This document shows positions 7,614 through 16,506 of a stretch of 24,884 nt of DNA, piece by piece. The stretch is from Myxococcota bacterium (GTDB lineage Bacteria; Myxococcota; UBA4151). Made by a program: the position numbers and the translations under genes. The number at the start of each line of letters is the position of its first letter. Positions within the stretch are counted from its first letter, which is position 1. The notes under the pieces were generated by a model that had not been told where the DNA came from, searched no databases, and saw nothing but the letters and a program-made list of their open reading frames with translations. The stretch covers positions 1-24,884 of the forward strand of contig JBDQPD010000048.1 in the NCBI GenBank assembly GCA_040260805.1. The letters run 5' to 3'.

Positions 7614-10276
7614 TGCGCTTATCTTTGATCCTCCTAAGTGTCGCCGCTGCCTGCGCCGCTCCGCCCAAGAAAGCGGTGGTAAAAGCACCCTCCGAGGGCA
7701 TCACTCGGAGCGCTGTGGTTCCGATGCTTGAGCCACCCAAAGATGACCGGCTGGATCCGAAGGTGCGGCCGACCGCTTATCAGGTTCGCTTGGACCTCGA
7801 CCCGCGACGCGCAGACTATGGCGGTCAGGTCCGCATCGATTTAGAGCTCAACGAAGCCACCGATACCATCTGGCTGCACAGTGAAAAGCACGAGATCTAC
7901 GCCCATGGGCTCACCGTTGCCAACCGCCGTGTTGAGGGCTCATCGATTGCCCGCGGCGCTCCCGATTGGCTCGCCATCAAGACACCCAAGGCGATCGGAC
8001 CGGGCAAAGCCAGCCTTCTGCTGCAATTCCGTGGCGAGATGACCACGCCTCTTTTTGGCCTTTATCGCGTGGAACATGCGGGCGCTTGGTATATTTACAC
8101 TCAGTTTGAATCGCTCGGCGCCCGCAAAGCATTTCCCTGTTTCGACGAGCCTGACTTCAAGGCGACGTTCACGCTTCAGATCCGCAGCCCTAACGAGAAC
8201 CCATCCTTCGCCAACGCGCCCTTGGCTCAAAAGCCAACCGAGCAAGGTCCGTGGGTTCGTCACGTCTTCAAAACCACTCCGCCCCTGCCCACATACCTGA
8301 TCGCCATGGCGGTCGGGCCGATCGATGTTGCGCATGACCCCGCCCATGATCTCAAGAGGGCCGATGGAAGCACCCTTCGGATTCGCGTCCTGACGCCAAA
8401 GGGCAAGTCAAAGCTTGCGACGCTGGCGCTGCGCGAAACAAAGAAGATCCTTGCGTTAGAAGAAGCCTATTTTGGCACGCCCTACCCCTTCGCCAAACTT
8501 GATCTGGTTGCGGTCCCAGATTTCGCCGCTGGGGCGATGGAGAACCCTGGACTGATCACCTATCGCGACCGGCTCTTGCTCATGGATGAAGCGACCGTCA
8601 CACAATCAGAGCTGATGAGCTACGCGTACACACATGCTCACGAGCTGGCGCACATCTGGTTCGGTGATTTGGTCACCATGCGGTGGTGGGATGATCTGTG
8701 GCTCAACGAAGCCTTTGCCACCTGGTTTGGCTGGAAGATCGTCGACCAATACCGTCCTGATTGGAAGTATCTGATGGAGCGCATCGGATCTAAAACCTGG
8801 GTGATGGATGTGGACTCCACGAACTCAGCGCGCCGAATTCGCGAACCGATCAAGACCCGCGGCGACATTGAAAATGCCTTTGATGGGATCACCTACACCA
8901 AAGGCGCTGCGGTGCTGCAGATGTTTGAGACCTATATCGGTGAGGGAGCCTTCAAGCAGGGCGTGCGCGCCTATCTCAAAGCCAACGCCTGGGGCAACGC
9001 GACCTTTGCCGACCTCGCGAGCGCGCTCGCCGAAAGCAGCGGCAAGCCGAACCTCCCTCGAGCCTTTGGCACCTTCATTGATCAAGCCGGTGTACCGCTG
9101 GTGGATCTTAAATCGAAAGCCAATGGATCGGTTGAGCTCAGTCAGCAGCGCTGGGCACCCCTTGGCAAAGAGGAGCTCAAAGCGGGGTCATGGGAGCTCC
9201 CCTTCTGCGTTCAAAGAAGCGGCTCTAGTGAGCAGGTATGTACGCTTTTGACCGAGCCCATCGAGCTACAAGTCGGTGCAGGTACCCCGCTCCCCAATCC
9301 GGGGATGCAAGGCTACGCAGTGTGGCGTCTTGAGAACACTGATTTGGAGCGTCTCTTGAGTGGCTTTTCGAGCTTGTCCGAGACGCACCAGGTGGCGACC
9401 CTACAGAACCTGCGTAAACTCTACCGAAGCGGTGACTTAAGCCCCTCAACGATTCTGAAAATCACCCCTGACCTGCTCAAGAGCCAACACCACAGCGTGA
9501 TCTATTCGGCGCTGTCACTTCAGGGCGAGCTCGGCCGACTGGTCGACGCAAAGCAGGTCCCCGCCTTTAGGAGATTGCGAGACCAACAACTTGGCGATCT
9601 GGTCGAACGCTATGGCTGGGGGGAGCCGGGCGAGACCAACTCGGCGCAGCTCAAAACTCGCCGCTTGGTCTTAGCAATTGCGGGCATCTCAGGGAAGCGA
9701 CCGGCGGTGGTTGAAGAGGCGAGACGCCGAACGGACGCCTTTCTAGCGGGTCAAGCCGTACCCAGAGAGACCTTGGGTACTGCGCTGAGTATCACCGCTG
9801 AGAGCGGTGATGAAGCCCTCTTCGACCGCGTCCAAAAAGTATTTTTAGCGACGGATGACATCCAGAGGCGACGCCCATTGCGTGGCGCGCTGACCGGCTT
9901 TCGATTCGAGGGGGTTGTCGAGCGCCTGTTTAGCCTGATCGAGCACAAACAACTACGGGCGAACGAACGCAGCACGGTCATCTGGGCGGTTGCTGGTGAC
10001 TACAGAACCCGTGACGAGGCGTGGCGGCGACTCAAGCCCATGATCCCAAAACTCAACAAAATACTGCCTCGACGAGGGGCACGATACCTTCCTTATTATC
10101 CCGTTTCGGCGTGTCGAGCGGACCTTGAACCCGAGCTCGATACGGTCTTCACGCCGTGGCTGAGCGCGCTGGACGGAATGGATCGCCACCTCAAGACCGC
10201 CAAAGAACGTTTGGGGCAATGCCTCGGCTTGCGATCAGCCTATGGTGATGAGTTGACGAAGATTCTAGCGCCTTAG
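7613..10276 (+). CDS. M1-family zinc aminopeptidase with ERAP1-like C-terminal domain, probable lipoprotein
   Basis: GAMEN, HELAH-x18-E (WLNEAFA), AFPCFDEP and TYTKGA. Signal peptide ending AAAC. TGATG overlap with speA. Confidence 0.93.
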   Translation: MRLSLILLSVAAACAAPPKKAVVKAPSEGITRSAVVPMLEPPKDDRLDPKVRPTAYQVRLDLDPRRADYGGQVRIDLELNEATDTIWLHSEKHEIYAHGLTVANRRVEGSSIARGAPDWLAIKTPKAIGPGKASLLLQFRGEMTTPLFGLYRVEHAGAWYIYTQFESLGARKAFPCFDEPDFKATFTLQIRSPNENPSFANAPLAQKPTEQGPWVRHVFKTTPPLPTYLIAMAVGPIDVAHDPAHDLKRADGSTLRIRVLTPKGKSKLATLALRETKKILALEEAYFGTPYPFAKLDLVAVPDFAAGAMENPGLITYRDRLLLMDEATVTQSELMSYAYTHAHELAHIWFGDLVTMRWWDDLWLNEAFATWFGWKIVDQYRPDWKYLMERIGSKTWVMDVDSTNSARRIREPIKTRGDIENAFDGITYTKGAAVLQMFETYIGEGAFKQGVRAYLKANAWGNATFADLASALAESSGKPNLPRAFGTFIDQAGVPLVDLKSKANGSVELSQQRWAPLGKEELKAGSWELPFCVQRSGSSEQVCTLLTEPIELQVGAGTPLPNPGMQGYAVWRLENTDLERLLSGFSSLSETHQVATLQNLRKLYRSGDLSPSTILKITPDLLKSQHHSVIYSALSLQGELGRLVDAKQVPAFRRLRDQQLGDLVERYGWGEPGETNSAQLKTRRLVLAIAGISGKRPAVVEEARRRTDAFLAGQAVPRETLGTALSITAESGDEALFDRVQKVFLATDDIQRRRPLRGALTGFRFEGVVERLFSLIEHKQLRANERSTVIWAVAGDYRTRDEAWRRLKPMIPKLNKILPRRGARYLPYYPVSACRADLEPELDTVFTPWLSALDGMDRHLKTAKERLGQCLGLRSAYGDELTKILAP

Positions 10277-10300
10277 GCTGTGGCAGAGTAGGCTCGTGTC

Positions 10301-11926
10301 ATGGCAGCGATCGGCGCACTACCTCATGTCGAAGAAGCGTTCCAAGAGTTGGAGCGTTTACTCAACCTTCGTCGAAACAGCCCAAGCAACGAACCCGCTA
10401 TTCGGGCGGCTCGCAACGCCGTGTATCAAGGGCTTGCGAACGCTATCGACATCAGCGGTACACTGGCTCTGGACGTCGAAGCCGACAGCACTCGCCTCAC
10501 CGGATCCGCCCTGCACGGTAAGTCCTCTGCGGTCGGGCAAGTCTTTGGTGCTCTGTTTCACCACGGCTTGCGCAAAATTCGGCTGCACAATGGGCTAACG
10601 CCCGAGGAGTGGGACCGGTTTTTAGCGCTGATCAGCCAAGGAACCGAGCTGCAAGCCGAGATGCCTGGCGGAATTGCGACCGCGCTCTGGAAAGAACCGC
10701 TGCCGCACCTAGTTTTTGACTTCGCCCGCAGGCGAAGGCTGCTGATCGAAGATGACCCGGACGAGGTCGAACGCGACCAGCGCCGTGTGGCGCGGATCGT
10801 CACCGAGATGGTGGCGGAGCAAGGCGCTGGTCATGCGCGTCTAGCGGCTGGCGACCTCACCGCCGCCACCCTTGGGGCGACTTCTATGGGCGGCGAGCCT
10901 CCGATTCGAACCCTTGAGCGCTTCGTTGCGACCTTGGTGGAGATGGTTGGAGCCGATGAAGAAGGTCAAGACACCGAGATTCTGCAGCGCGCCACGCTGA
11001 ACGTGGCTCGAGAAGCCTTCAGAGCAGGCGAGCTTCGACCCATTTTGCGCTTCTTTGATTTGCTCAAGGCGCCTGCCGAGGAGGGCAAGCGAGCCCAGGC
11101 GATCCGGCGTGAGCGACTCGCGACCCTGCTCGGCGGTGCATGTTGTGACCCTCACTCCGTCGCTGGATTTAGCGGCAAAGAGGATCAGTACGGCATGCTG
11201 ACCACGCTCTTGCAGCAGCTTGGGTTTGATGCGGTTACCCCCTATTTGAGCTTGCTTGAGGTTCGCCCTGAGCCTGGTTTAGCGCAAGCGGTAGCGAAGG
11301 GTCTTGGCGTCCGCCTGAACAGCGCCGCAGCGGACCTGCGCACCTTCCTGAGCAGCCCAGCGACGACCGGTATTTTATCGCATTTCCTCGAAGCGTTGTC
11401 TGAGCTTGAGCCGAGCCCCCAGATGATCACGGTGCTCGAAGCGCTCCGCACCCATCAAAATCTCGACGTGGTCGAGGCGGTCGCCGATCTGCTCAGCCGC
11501 GCCGTCAGCGTGAACAGCTTGGAAGACGCCAGACGCTTGCTCAACTCAAAAGACTCGACAGAGCAGCGTGCGGGGCTTCGTTTCTTCCGAAAAGCCGGCG
11601 ACGAGCGAGCGGCTCAAACCTTAGTCGACTTCCTAAACGGAGCAGCGGACAATGGATGGGACCGCTTTGCGCTTCGAAGAGCCTACGCGTGCCTCGGCGC
11701 GATGCGCTCCCACCACGGTCACGATCACCTCAAAAAGATTCTCACGGCGACCGGGCTGACCGGGCGTCTCAAGTCGACCGCAGAGGAGCAGATCCTGGCG
11801 GTCCGCGGCTTGGTCTCAGCCGATGATCGATTTGCTAACGAGCTGCTCGACGCAGTGATGAGCGAGAAGCAATACAGCGGCAAAGTCCGCCTAGCCTTGA
11901 CCCGAATGCGCGGAGTGAAGGCGTGA
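10301..11926 (+). CDS. HEAT/ARM-repeat helical protein with an uncharacterised N-terminal alpha/beta domain
   Basis: 541-aa helical ORF with HEAT-like C-terminal repeats (LLNSKDSTEQRAGL, LRRAYACLG). GTGA overlap with the next gene. Confidence 0.6.
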   Translation: MAAIGALPHVEEAFQELERLLNLRRNSPSNEPAIRAARNAVYQGLANAIDISGTLALDVEADSTRLTGSALHGKSSAVGQVFGALFHHGLRKIRLHNGLTPEEWDRFLALISQGTELQAEMPGGIATALWKEPLPHLVFDFARRRRLLIEDDPDEVERDQRRVARIVTEMVAEQGAGHARLAAGDLTAATLGATSMGGEPPIRTLERFVATLVEMVGADEEGQDTEILQRATLNVAREAFRAGELRPILRFFDLLKAPAEEGKRAQAIRRERLATLLGGACCDPHSVAGFSGKEDQYGMLTTLLQQLGFDAVTPYLSLLEVRPEPGLAQAVAKGLGVRLNSAAADLRTFLSSPATTGILSHFLEALSELEPSPQMITVLEALRTHQNLDVVEAVADLLSRAVSVNSLEDARRLLNSKDSTEQRAGLRFFRKAGDERAAQTLVDFLNGAADNGWDRFALRRAYACLGAMRSHHGHDHLKKILTATGLTGRLKSTAEEQILAVRGLVSADDRFANELLDAVMSEKQYSGKVRLALTRMRGVKA

Positions 11927-13191
11927 GCAGCTTGGACGGACAGCAGATTGCCGGCTTCATGCGAGCCTTTCTCGCCGCAGGTAGCGAAGCTGCGAATAAT
12001 GGTTTGCGCACAGAGCAATACAGCCAAGCGCTCAACGCCTTGTACAGCGCGCTGCTCGAAGTCTTCACCGTCTCCGCTCATGTCGAACTTCGCTTTGGTG
12101 CGGATGCCGTCTTCCTCAACCAACAAAAACTTCGGCTCTCGGGAGCGGCTGGAGAGCGCCTGACCAAACTGCTCGGCATCGCACACGAGGCTCAATGGGA
12201 GGGCTTTCGCTGCGACGAGATCCCGAACGAGGACCAACTCACCGCGGTCATGGCGCGCTTCGCTCGCCCCGATGTTCCAGGGACCCACCCCGGTCTTTTG
12301 CGGCGTCGTGGACCCTTTCGTTGGCTGGAAGAGGACCAAACAGAGGATGCATTTGGGCAGGGCTCGAGCCCGCTTGAGAGTTTGAGTTCTCAGGCGCTAG
12401 AGCACAGCTCGATGCGTAAGGTGCAGATCGAAGAGATCCAAGACGCGCTCGGTACCCAAGCCGGGCAAGCGCTGGAAGAGATCACCTTTATCTATGCTCG
12501 CGCCGTGTACTTCGTCGATCGGTTTATGGCGACGATGGAGGCGACGGGCCCGCGCGTCCCGCTCGATGAGAGCTCGCGGATCATCTGCGATCTGATCGAC
12601 GGCTTTGAGCGCGACCCTAAATCGTTCTTAGCGGTCTCGATGGCGCGCCCTCAAGCCGGCAACTACGACGCCTTTCATCAGGCGAATACGGCGTTGCTTG
12701 CGATCGCTATGGGAGCGAGCGTCGGTCTGGGTCGCGAGCTGCTGTTCGAGATCGGCCTCTGCGGGCTTTTGCATCAAGTCGGCATTGTCGACATGCCGGA
12801 CCGTATTCGCTCGAATCGAGTGCTCGCAAAGGAGGAGCGGGAGATCCTAGGACAGCTCCCCTACTGCACGGTGAGGCGCCTGCTCCAAGCGAAGGGGCCT
12901 GATCTGCAAGGCATGGCTCGGATCAACGCCATCCTCTCCATGAAAGATAAACTCGCCACTAAGAAGATGATGGCTGATGGCAACGCTCAATGGGTCCCGG
13001 TCAAGCCAGCTCCGCCGCTGATGGCCCGGATCTTAGCCGTTGCAGCCCGCTACGACGCCTTGACCAGCGAGCGTGAGTTCAGGCCGGCGATGAGCGCCGA
13101 AAAGACGATCCAATTGATGCTCAGACAGGGCGCAACGCTCGATGCTCGTTTGGTTCGCTTGGTCGCCAAGCTCAAGAACGTAACGATCTGA
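11923..13191 (+). CDS. Degenerate HD-GYP domain protein
   Basis: The HD-GYP scaffold is recognisable (GLLHQVG, PLMARILAVAARYDALTSEREFRPAMS), but the HD, HHE and GYP motifs are altered or missing. Confidence 0.8.
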   Translation: MSSLDGQQIAGFMRAFLAAGSEAANNGLRTEQYSQALNALYSALLEVFTVSAHVELRFGADAVFLNQQKLRLSGAAGERLTKLLGIAHEAQWEGFRCDEIPNEDQLTAVMARFARPDVPGTHPGLLRRRGPFRWLEEDQTEDAFGQGSSPLESLSSQALEHSSMRKVQIEEIQDALGTQAGQALEEITFIYARAVYFVDRFMATMEATGPRVPLDESSRIICDLIDGFERDPKSFLAVSMARPQAGNYDAFHQANTALLAIAMGASVGLGRELLFEIGLCGLLHQVGIVDMPDRIRSNRVLAKEEREILGQLPYCTVRRLLQAKGPDLQGMARINAILSMKDKLATKKMMADGNAQWVPVKPAPPLMARILAVAARYDALTSEREFRPAMSAEKTIQLMLRQGATLDARLVRLVAKLKNVTI

Positions 13192-14263
13192 CCTCGGGGC
13201 TCGGCGGCTCTGAGGGCTGCTCCGCTAAAAGTTCACGAGTCAACGTCCGCACCAGCGACGATGGATCCTTGAGCCCTCGCTCGACCGACAGCCCCTGCTG
13301 ATATCCAGCCCAAAGGGCGGTCGCACGCACCATGGGGTCTTCGTCGTGGTCCATACGCTCAGCGATCGCCTCGCGCGCAGCCGGAGTATCCAGTGATGCC
13401 AAGGCGACCAGGACATTCCGGCAAAAACCTGCAGGACCAGCGCGCAAGATCGGACTCCCCGCAAAGCGCTGCTTAAAGCGCTCAGGATCGCGATAACTCA
13501 GCAGGTCGAGTAAGCGAGGGCTCAGGTTCTCAGCTCGCGGCTCCAAGCCCTCAAGTACAGGCGCATTGGCTTTGGCATTCCAAGGACAAATTACCGTACA
13601 GTCGTCGCAACCAAAGATGCGCTGCCCCATCCGCTCCATGATCCAACGTGGGATCATTCCATCCCACTCAATCGTCCAATAACTAATGCAACGCCTTGAA
13701 TCGACTCGAAAGCCGTCTGGTGCGATGGCTTGCGTCGGACAGATCTGGACGCACGCTCTGCAGGTGCCGCAGCGGTCCGGGTGCAGCGGCGGCTCAGGCA
13801 AGTCCAAGGGCTGATCAACGACCAGTTCAGCGATCAGCGAGGCGGCGCCAAACTCAGGATGAATCAGCGAGCTTTGCCGACCAAACCAGCCGCCGCCTTG
13901 TTGCCAGGCTAAATGACGCTCAAGCACCGGCGCCGAATCGGTCACGGCTCGGAAGCGTAGAGCTTGACCATGCTCAGCTCGAAGCGACTCGCCAAAAGCT
14001 TGCATCGCCGCCTTGAGCTGGACGTGATAGTCTGAACCTCGCGCATACCGAGCGATGGTTCCAACCTCTGGGTCGCTGGGTTCGGGCTCGCAGCGATAAC
14101 GAAACAGCTTGGACACCAGCTGTTGACCGTTTCGCAGTAAGCGCTTGGGCTCGCCGCGCCAGGCCATGCTTCTGCCTAAATAATGCTGATCCGCCAGATC
14201 TCCACGCGCTAACGAGTCAGCGAGCGCGCGCCGCGGCTCGGGTGGGGTTTGAGGCCCTTTCAT
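13172..14263 (-). CDS. queG: tRNA epoxyqueuosine(34) reductase
   Basis: ARYARGSDYH, DSAPVLER, CGTCRACVQICPTQA, CISYWTIE, FGCDDCTVICPWN and a HEAT-like tail. The ATG at 14263 overlaps the pgeF stop (ATGA). Confidence 0.92.
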   Translation of the reverse strand: MKGPQTPPEPRRALADSLARGDLADQHYLGRSMAWRGEPKRLLRNGQQLVSKLFRYRCEPEPSDPEVGTIARYARGSDYHVQLKAAMQAFGESLRAEHGQALRFRAVTDSAPVLERHLAWQQGGGWFGRQSSLIHPEFGAASLIAELVVDQPLDLPEPPLHPDRCGTCRACVQICPTQAIAPDGFRVDSRRCISYWTIEWDGMIPRWIMERMGQRIFGCDDCTVICPWNAKANAPVLEGLEPRAENLSPRLLDLLSYRDPERFKQRFAGSPILRAGPAGFCRNVLVALASLDTPAAREAIAERMDHDEDPMVRATALWAGYQQGLSVERGLKDPSSLVRTLTRELLAEQPSEPPSPEVRSLRS

Positions 14264-14964
14264 CGGCGACTCGGCACGGCAATCGCCGACAAGTTTCGCC
14301 CGGCTAAAGCGCCGTCGCGGCGATAGGAATGCCACCGTTCATCGGCGCAGGTGTCGATACCGCTCCAAACGACCTGGCTAGACGAGATCTTCAGCTCGCT
14401 CAACTGCCCCTGAATCAAAGCTCTCAAATCACAGCAAAACCGGCCGTCGGCCTGCTTCGCTTGAGCGACCTGAGGTAAGGTCTCAAACATCGTCTGCCCC
14501 ACCTCGTAGCTCGCCGCAGCGATGTGGGGACCCACCCATATCTTGAGTTGGTTTCGCTGCGCATTGCGGCGCTCCAGCGCAGCGATGGTCTCGGGTACGA
14601 TCTGCGCCAAGGCGCCGACCCGACCGGCGTGAACCGCTGCAACCCATCCGCAATCAGGAGCCAGCATCAGCAAGGGCACGCAATCTGCGGTGAGCACGCC
14701 GACGGCGCGCCCGGGCTCGTCGCAAAGGACAGCGTCGGCTGGCGTCTGAGCGAGGCTCTCGACGGATTGCCCCGTCGCCTCCACCACGCTCGACGAGTGA
14801 ATTTGTTGCACTAAGACCAGCTCGGGAGCAGGCGCGCTCAAGGCACCGACCGCGGCGGCTCTGTTCTTGAGTCGATCATGAGCGTTCGTGCCGTAATCAG
14901 CAGGCGCACCCCAAAACCCATGGAGTCCGTGGCTCAGCACCGGCGTCGAGACCGCAGCCGCCAT
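14260..14964 (-). CDS. pgeF: YfiH/PgeF (laccase-domain) purine nucleoside phosphorylase / peptidoglycan editing factor
   Basis: QIHS, ADA, TADCVPLL, AAVHAG, GPHI..YEVG and SYRRDG..GR. The classic rluD-yfiH synteny, with a TGATG overlap. Confidence 0.9.
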   Translation of the reverse strand: MAAAVSTPVLSHGLHGFWGAPADYGTNAHDRLKNRAAAVGALSAPAPELVLVQQIHSSSVVEATGQSVESLAQTPADAVLCDEPGRAVGVLTADCVPLLMLAPDCGWVAAVHAGRVGALAQIVPETIAALERRNAQRNQLKIWVGPHIAAASYEVGQTMFETLPQVAQAKQADGRFCCDLRALIQGQLSELKISSSQVVWSGIDTCADERWHSYRRDGALAGRNLSAIAVPSRR

Positions 14965-15920
14965 CAGCCACAAGCTCGCAAACGATCGACCAGCTCTCGA
15001 AAGTCGTCGGGAAGCGGCGCCTCAAAATGCATCTCATCACCGGTTACAGGATGAATAAACCCTAGCGTTTGAGCATGAAGCGCCTGGCGCGGCATCCCCT
15101 TCATGGCGCTGCGTGAGTCTTGATGCGCCACGCCCTTCCAGCGGTTGGCGCCGCCATAAAGGACATCGCCAACCAGCGGCGTTCCAGCTTCGCTCATATG
15201 CACTCGGATCTGGTGGGTTCTGCCGGTGAGCAGCTCGATCTCGACCAGCGCGCAAGGTCCTAAGCGCTCAAGGACCTTAAATCGGGTCTGCATCCGACGC
15301 TCAGCCTCAACCGTCCCGGTGAAGCGCAGCCGGTTCTTGGGATGTCGAGCGTGAGGAGTGTCGATCAGACCTTCTTCGAGCTTGGGCTTGCCTGCGGTCA
15401 CGCAGACATAACGCTTGCTCACCTTGCGCGTAGCGAACGCCAGGCTGAGCGCTCTGTGGGCCACGTCGCTGCCAGCGACCACCATCACCCCCGACGTGTC
15501 CTTATCGAGTCGATGAACAATGCCCGGGCGCTGGACCCCGCCGATGCCAGACAAGCCAACGCGCTCAAAGATCAGCCCGTTCACAAGCGTTTGGTCGTAA
15601 CAGCCCGGAGCCGGATGCACCGCAACACCCGGTCTTTTGTTGACCACCACCACATGATCATCTCGATAGAGGAACTCGAGCTCAAGGTCCTGCGCCTCGG
15701 GCGTTGCTGGTTTCGGGTCGGGCAGACGGACAACCACCGCTTGTCCCGGTTTGAGTTTGAGGCGCGGTTTCGCTGAGCACTTATCGACGCTCACCTCTCC
15801 GTCGGTGATCAACCGTTGCGCCGCCGAGCGGCTCAGCGATTCGATGTGATCCGTGATGTAGCGGTCCAGGCGCTCGCCTGCGTCCGCTTTGGTCACCTTA
15901 AGTTCAAACCACTCTGGCAC
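14964..15920 (-). CDS. rluD: RluA-family 23S rRNA pseudouridine synthase with S4 domain
   Basis: N-terminal S4 domain (RLDRY...SRS), NKRPG..VHP, RPGIVHRLDKDTSG, TGRTHQIRVH and RQALHA. Confidence 0.93.
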   Translation of the reverse strand: MPEWFELKVTKADAGERLDRYITDHIESLSRSAAQRLITDGEVSVDKCSAKPRLKLKPGQAVVVRLPDPKPATPEAQDLELEFLYRDDHVVVVNKRPGVAVHPAPGCYDQTLVNGLIFERVGLSGIGGVQRPGIVHRLDKDTSGVMVVAGSDVAHRALSLAFATRKVSKRYVCVTAGKPKLEEGLIDTPHARHPKNRLRFTGTVEAERRMQTRFKVLERLGPCALVEIELLTGRTHQIRVHMSEAGTPLVGDVLYGGANRWKGVAHQDSRSAMKGMPRQALHAQTLGFIHPVTGDEMHFEAPLPDDFRELVDRLRACG

Positions 15921-15931
15921 GCTGTGCTCCG

Positions 15932-15966
15932 AAAAAACAAAATGGGCCCTGCTGCTGAGGGCCCAT
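15932..15966 (-). terminator. Rho-independent terminator downstream of rplS
   Basis: Perfect 9-bp stem ATGGGCCCT (15942-15950) / AGGGCCCAT (15958-15966) with a 7-nt loop, followed on the minus strand by TTTGTTTTTT. Confidence 0.85.
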
Positions 15967-15995
15967 CGTCCTTAGCCTAAAGGCTGAGGTGATTT

Positions 15996-16355
15996 CTACT
16001 TCTTAGCCTGCGGAATACGCTCGGCGATGCGTGCCTTACGACCGCGCAGATCACGCAGATAGTACAGCTTCGCACGGCGAACCTTGCCCAGACGCTTGAC
16101 CTCGATCTTTTCAACTCGCGGCGAATGCAGCGGGAAGATACGCTCCACACCGACGCCGTCCGAAGCGACCTTACGCACGGTGAAGGTCGAGCCCGACCCG
16201 TTGTTGCTGCGTCCGATGCAGACCCCCTCAAAGAGCTGCACGCGCTCCTTGGAGCCCTCGCGGATCTTAGCGTGTACCGTCAGGGTGTCCCCTGCGCGGA
16301 AGTTCGGAAGGTCCTCTTTGAGGTACTCTTTCTCAAGCTGATCGATGATGTTCAT
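15996..16355 (-). CDS. rplS: 50S ribosomal protein L19
   Basis: [30 protein letters not shown]...GVERIFP.HSP and [13 protein letters not shown]. Start at ATG 16355 after GGAG. Confidence 0.98.
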   Translation of the reverse strand: MNIIDQLEKEYLKEDLPNFRAGDTLTVHAKIREGSKERVQLFEGVCIGRSNNGSGSTFTVRKVASDGVGVERIFPLHSPRVEKIEVKRLGKVRRAKLYYLRDLRGRKARIAERIPQAKK

Positions 16356-16408
16356 GACCGGCTCCGTTCTAGTCTCTAAATTAACCGCCGTGGGCGGAAG
16401 CGGAGAGC

Positions 16409-16437
16409 CCCTTAGCCAGGCACCTGATGGCAAGCAA
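16409..16437 (-). promoter_or_regulatory. Candidate sigma70-type promoter for rplS
   Basis: The minus strand reads TTGCTT-17 nt-TAAGGG, about 55 nt upstream of the start codon. The -10 match is weak. Confidence 0.3.
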
Positions 16438-16506
16438 GTAAAAAGGCGCTCGGACTTAGGCTTGTCTTAGCCTGGCCAAAAGCCCAAGCTGCTCTCTGGA
16501 GCTTTT

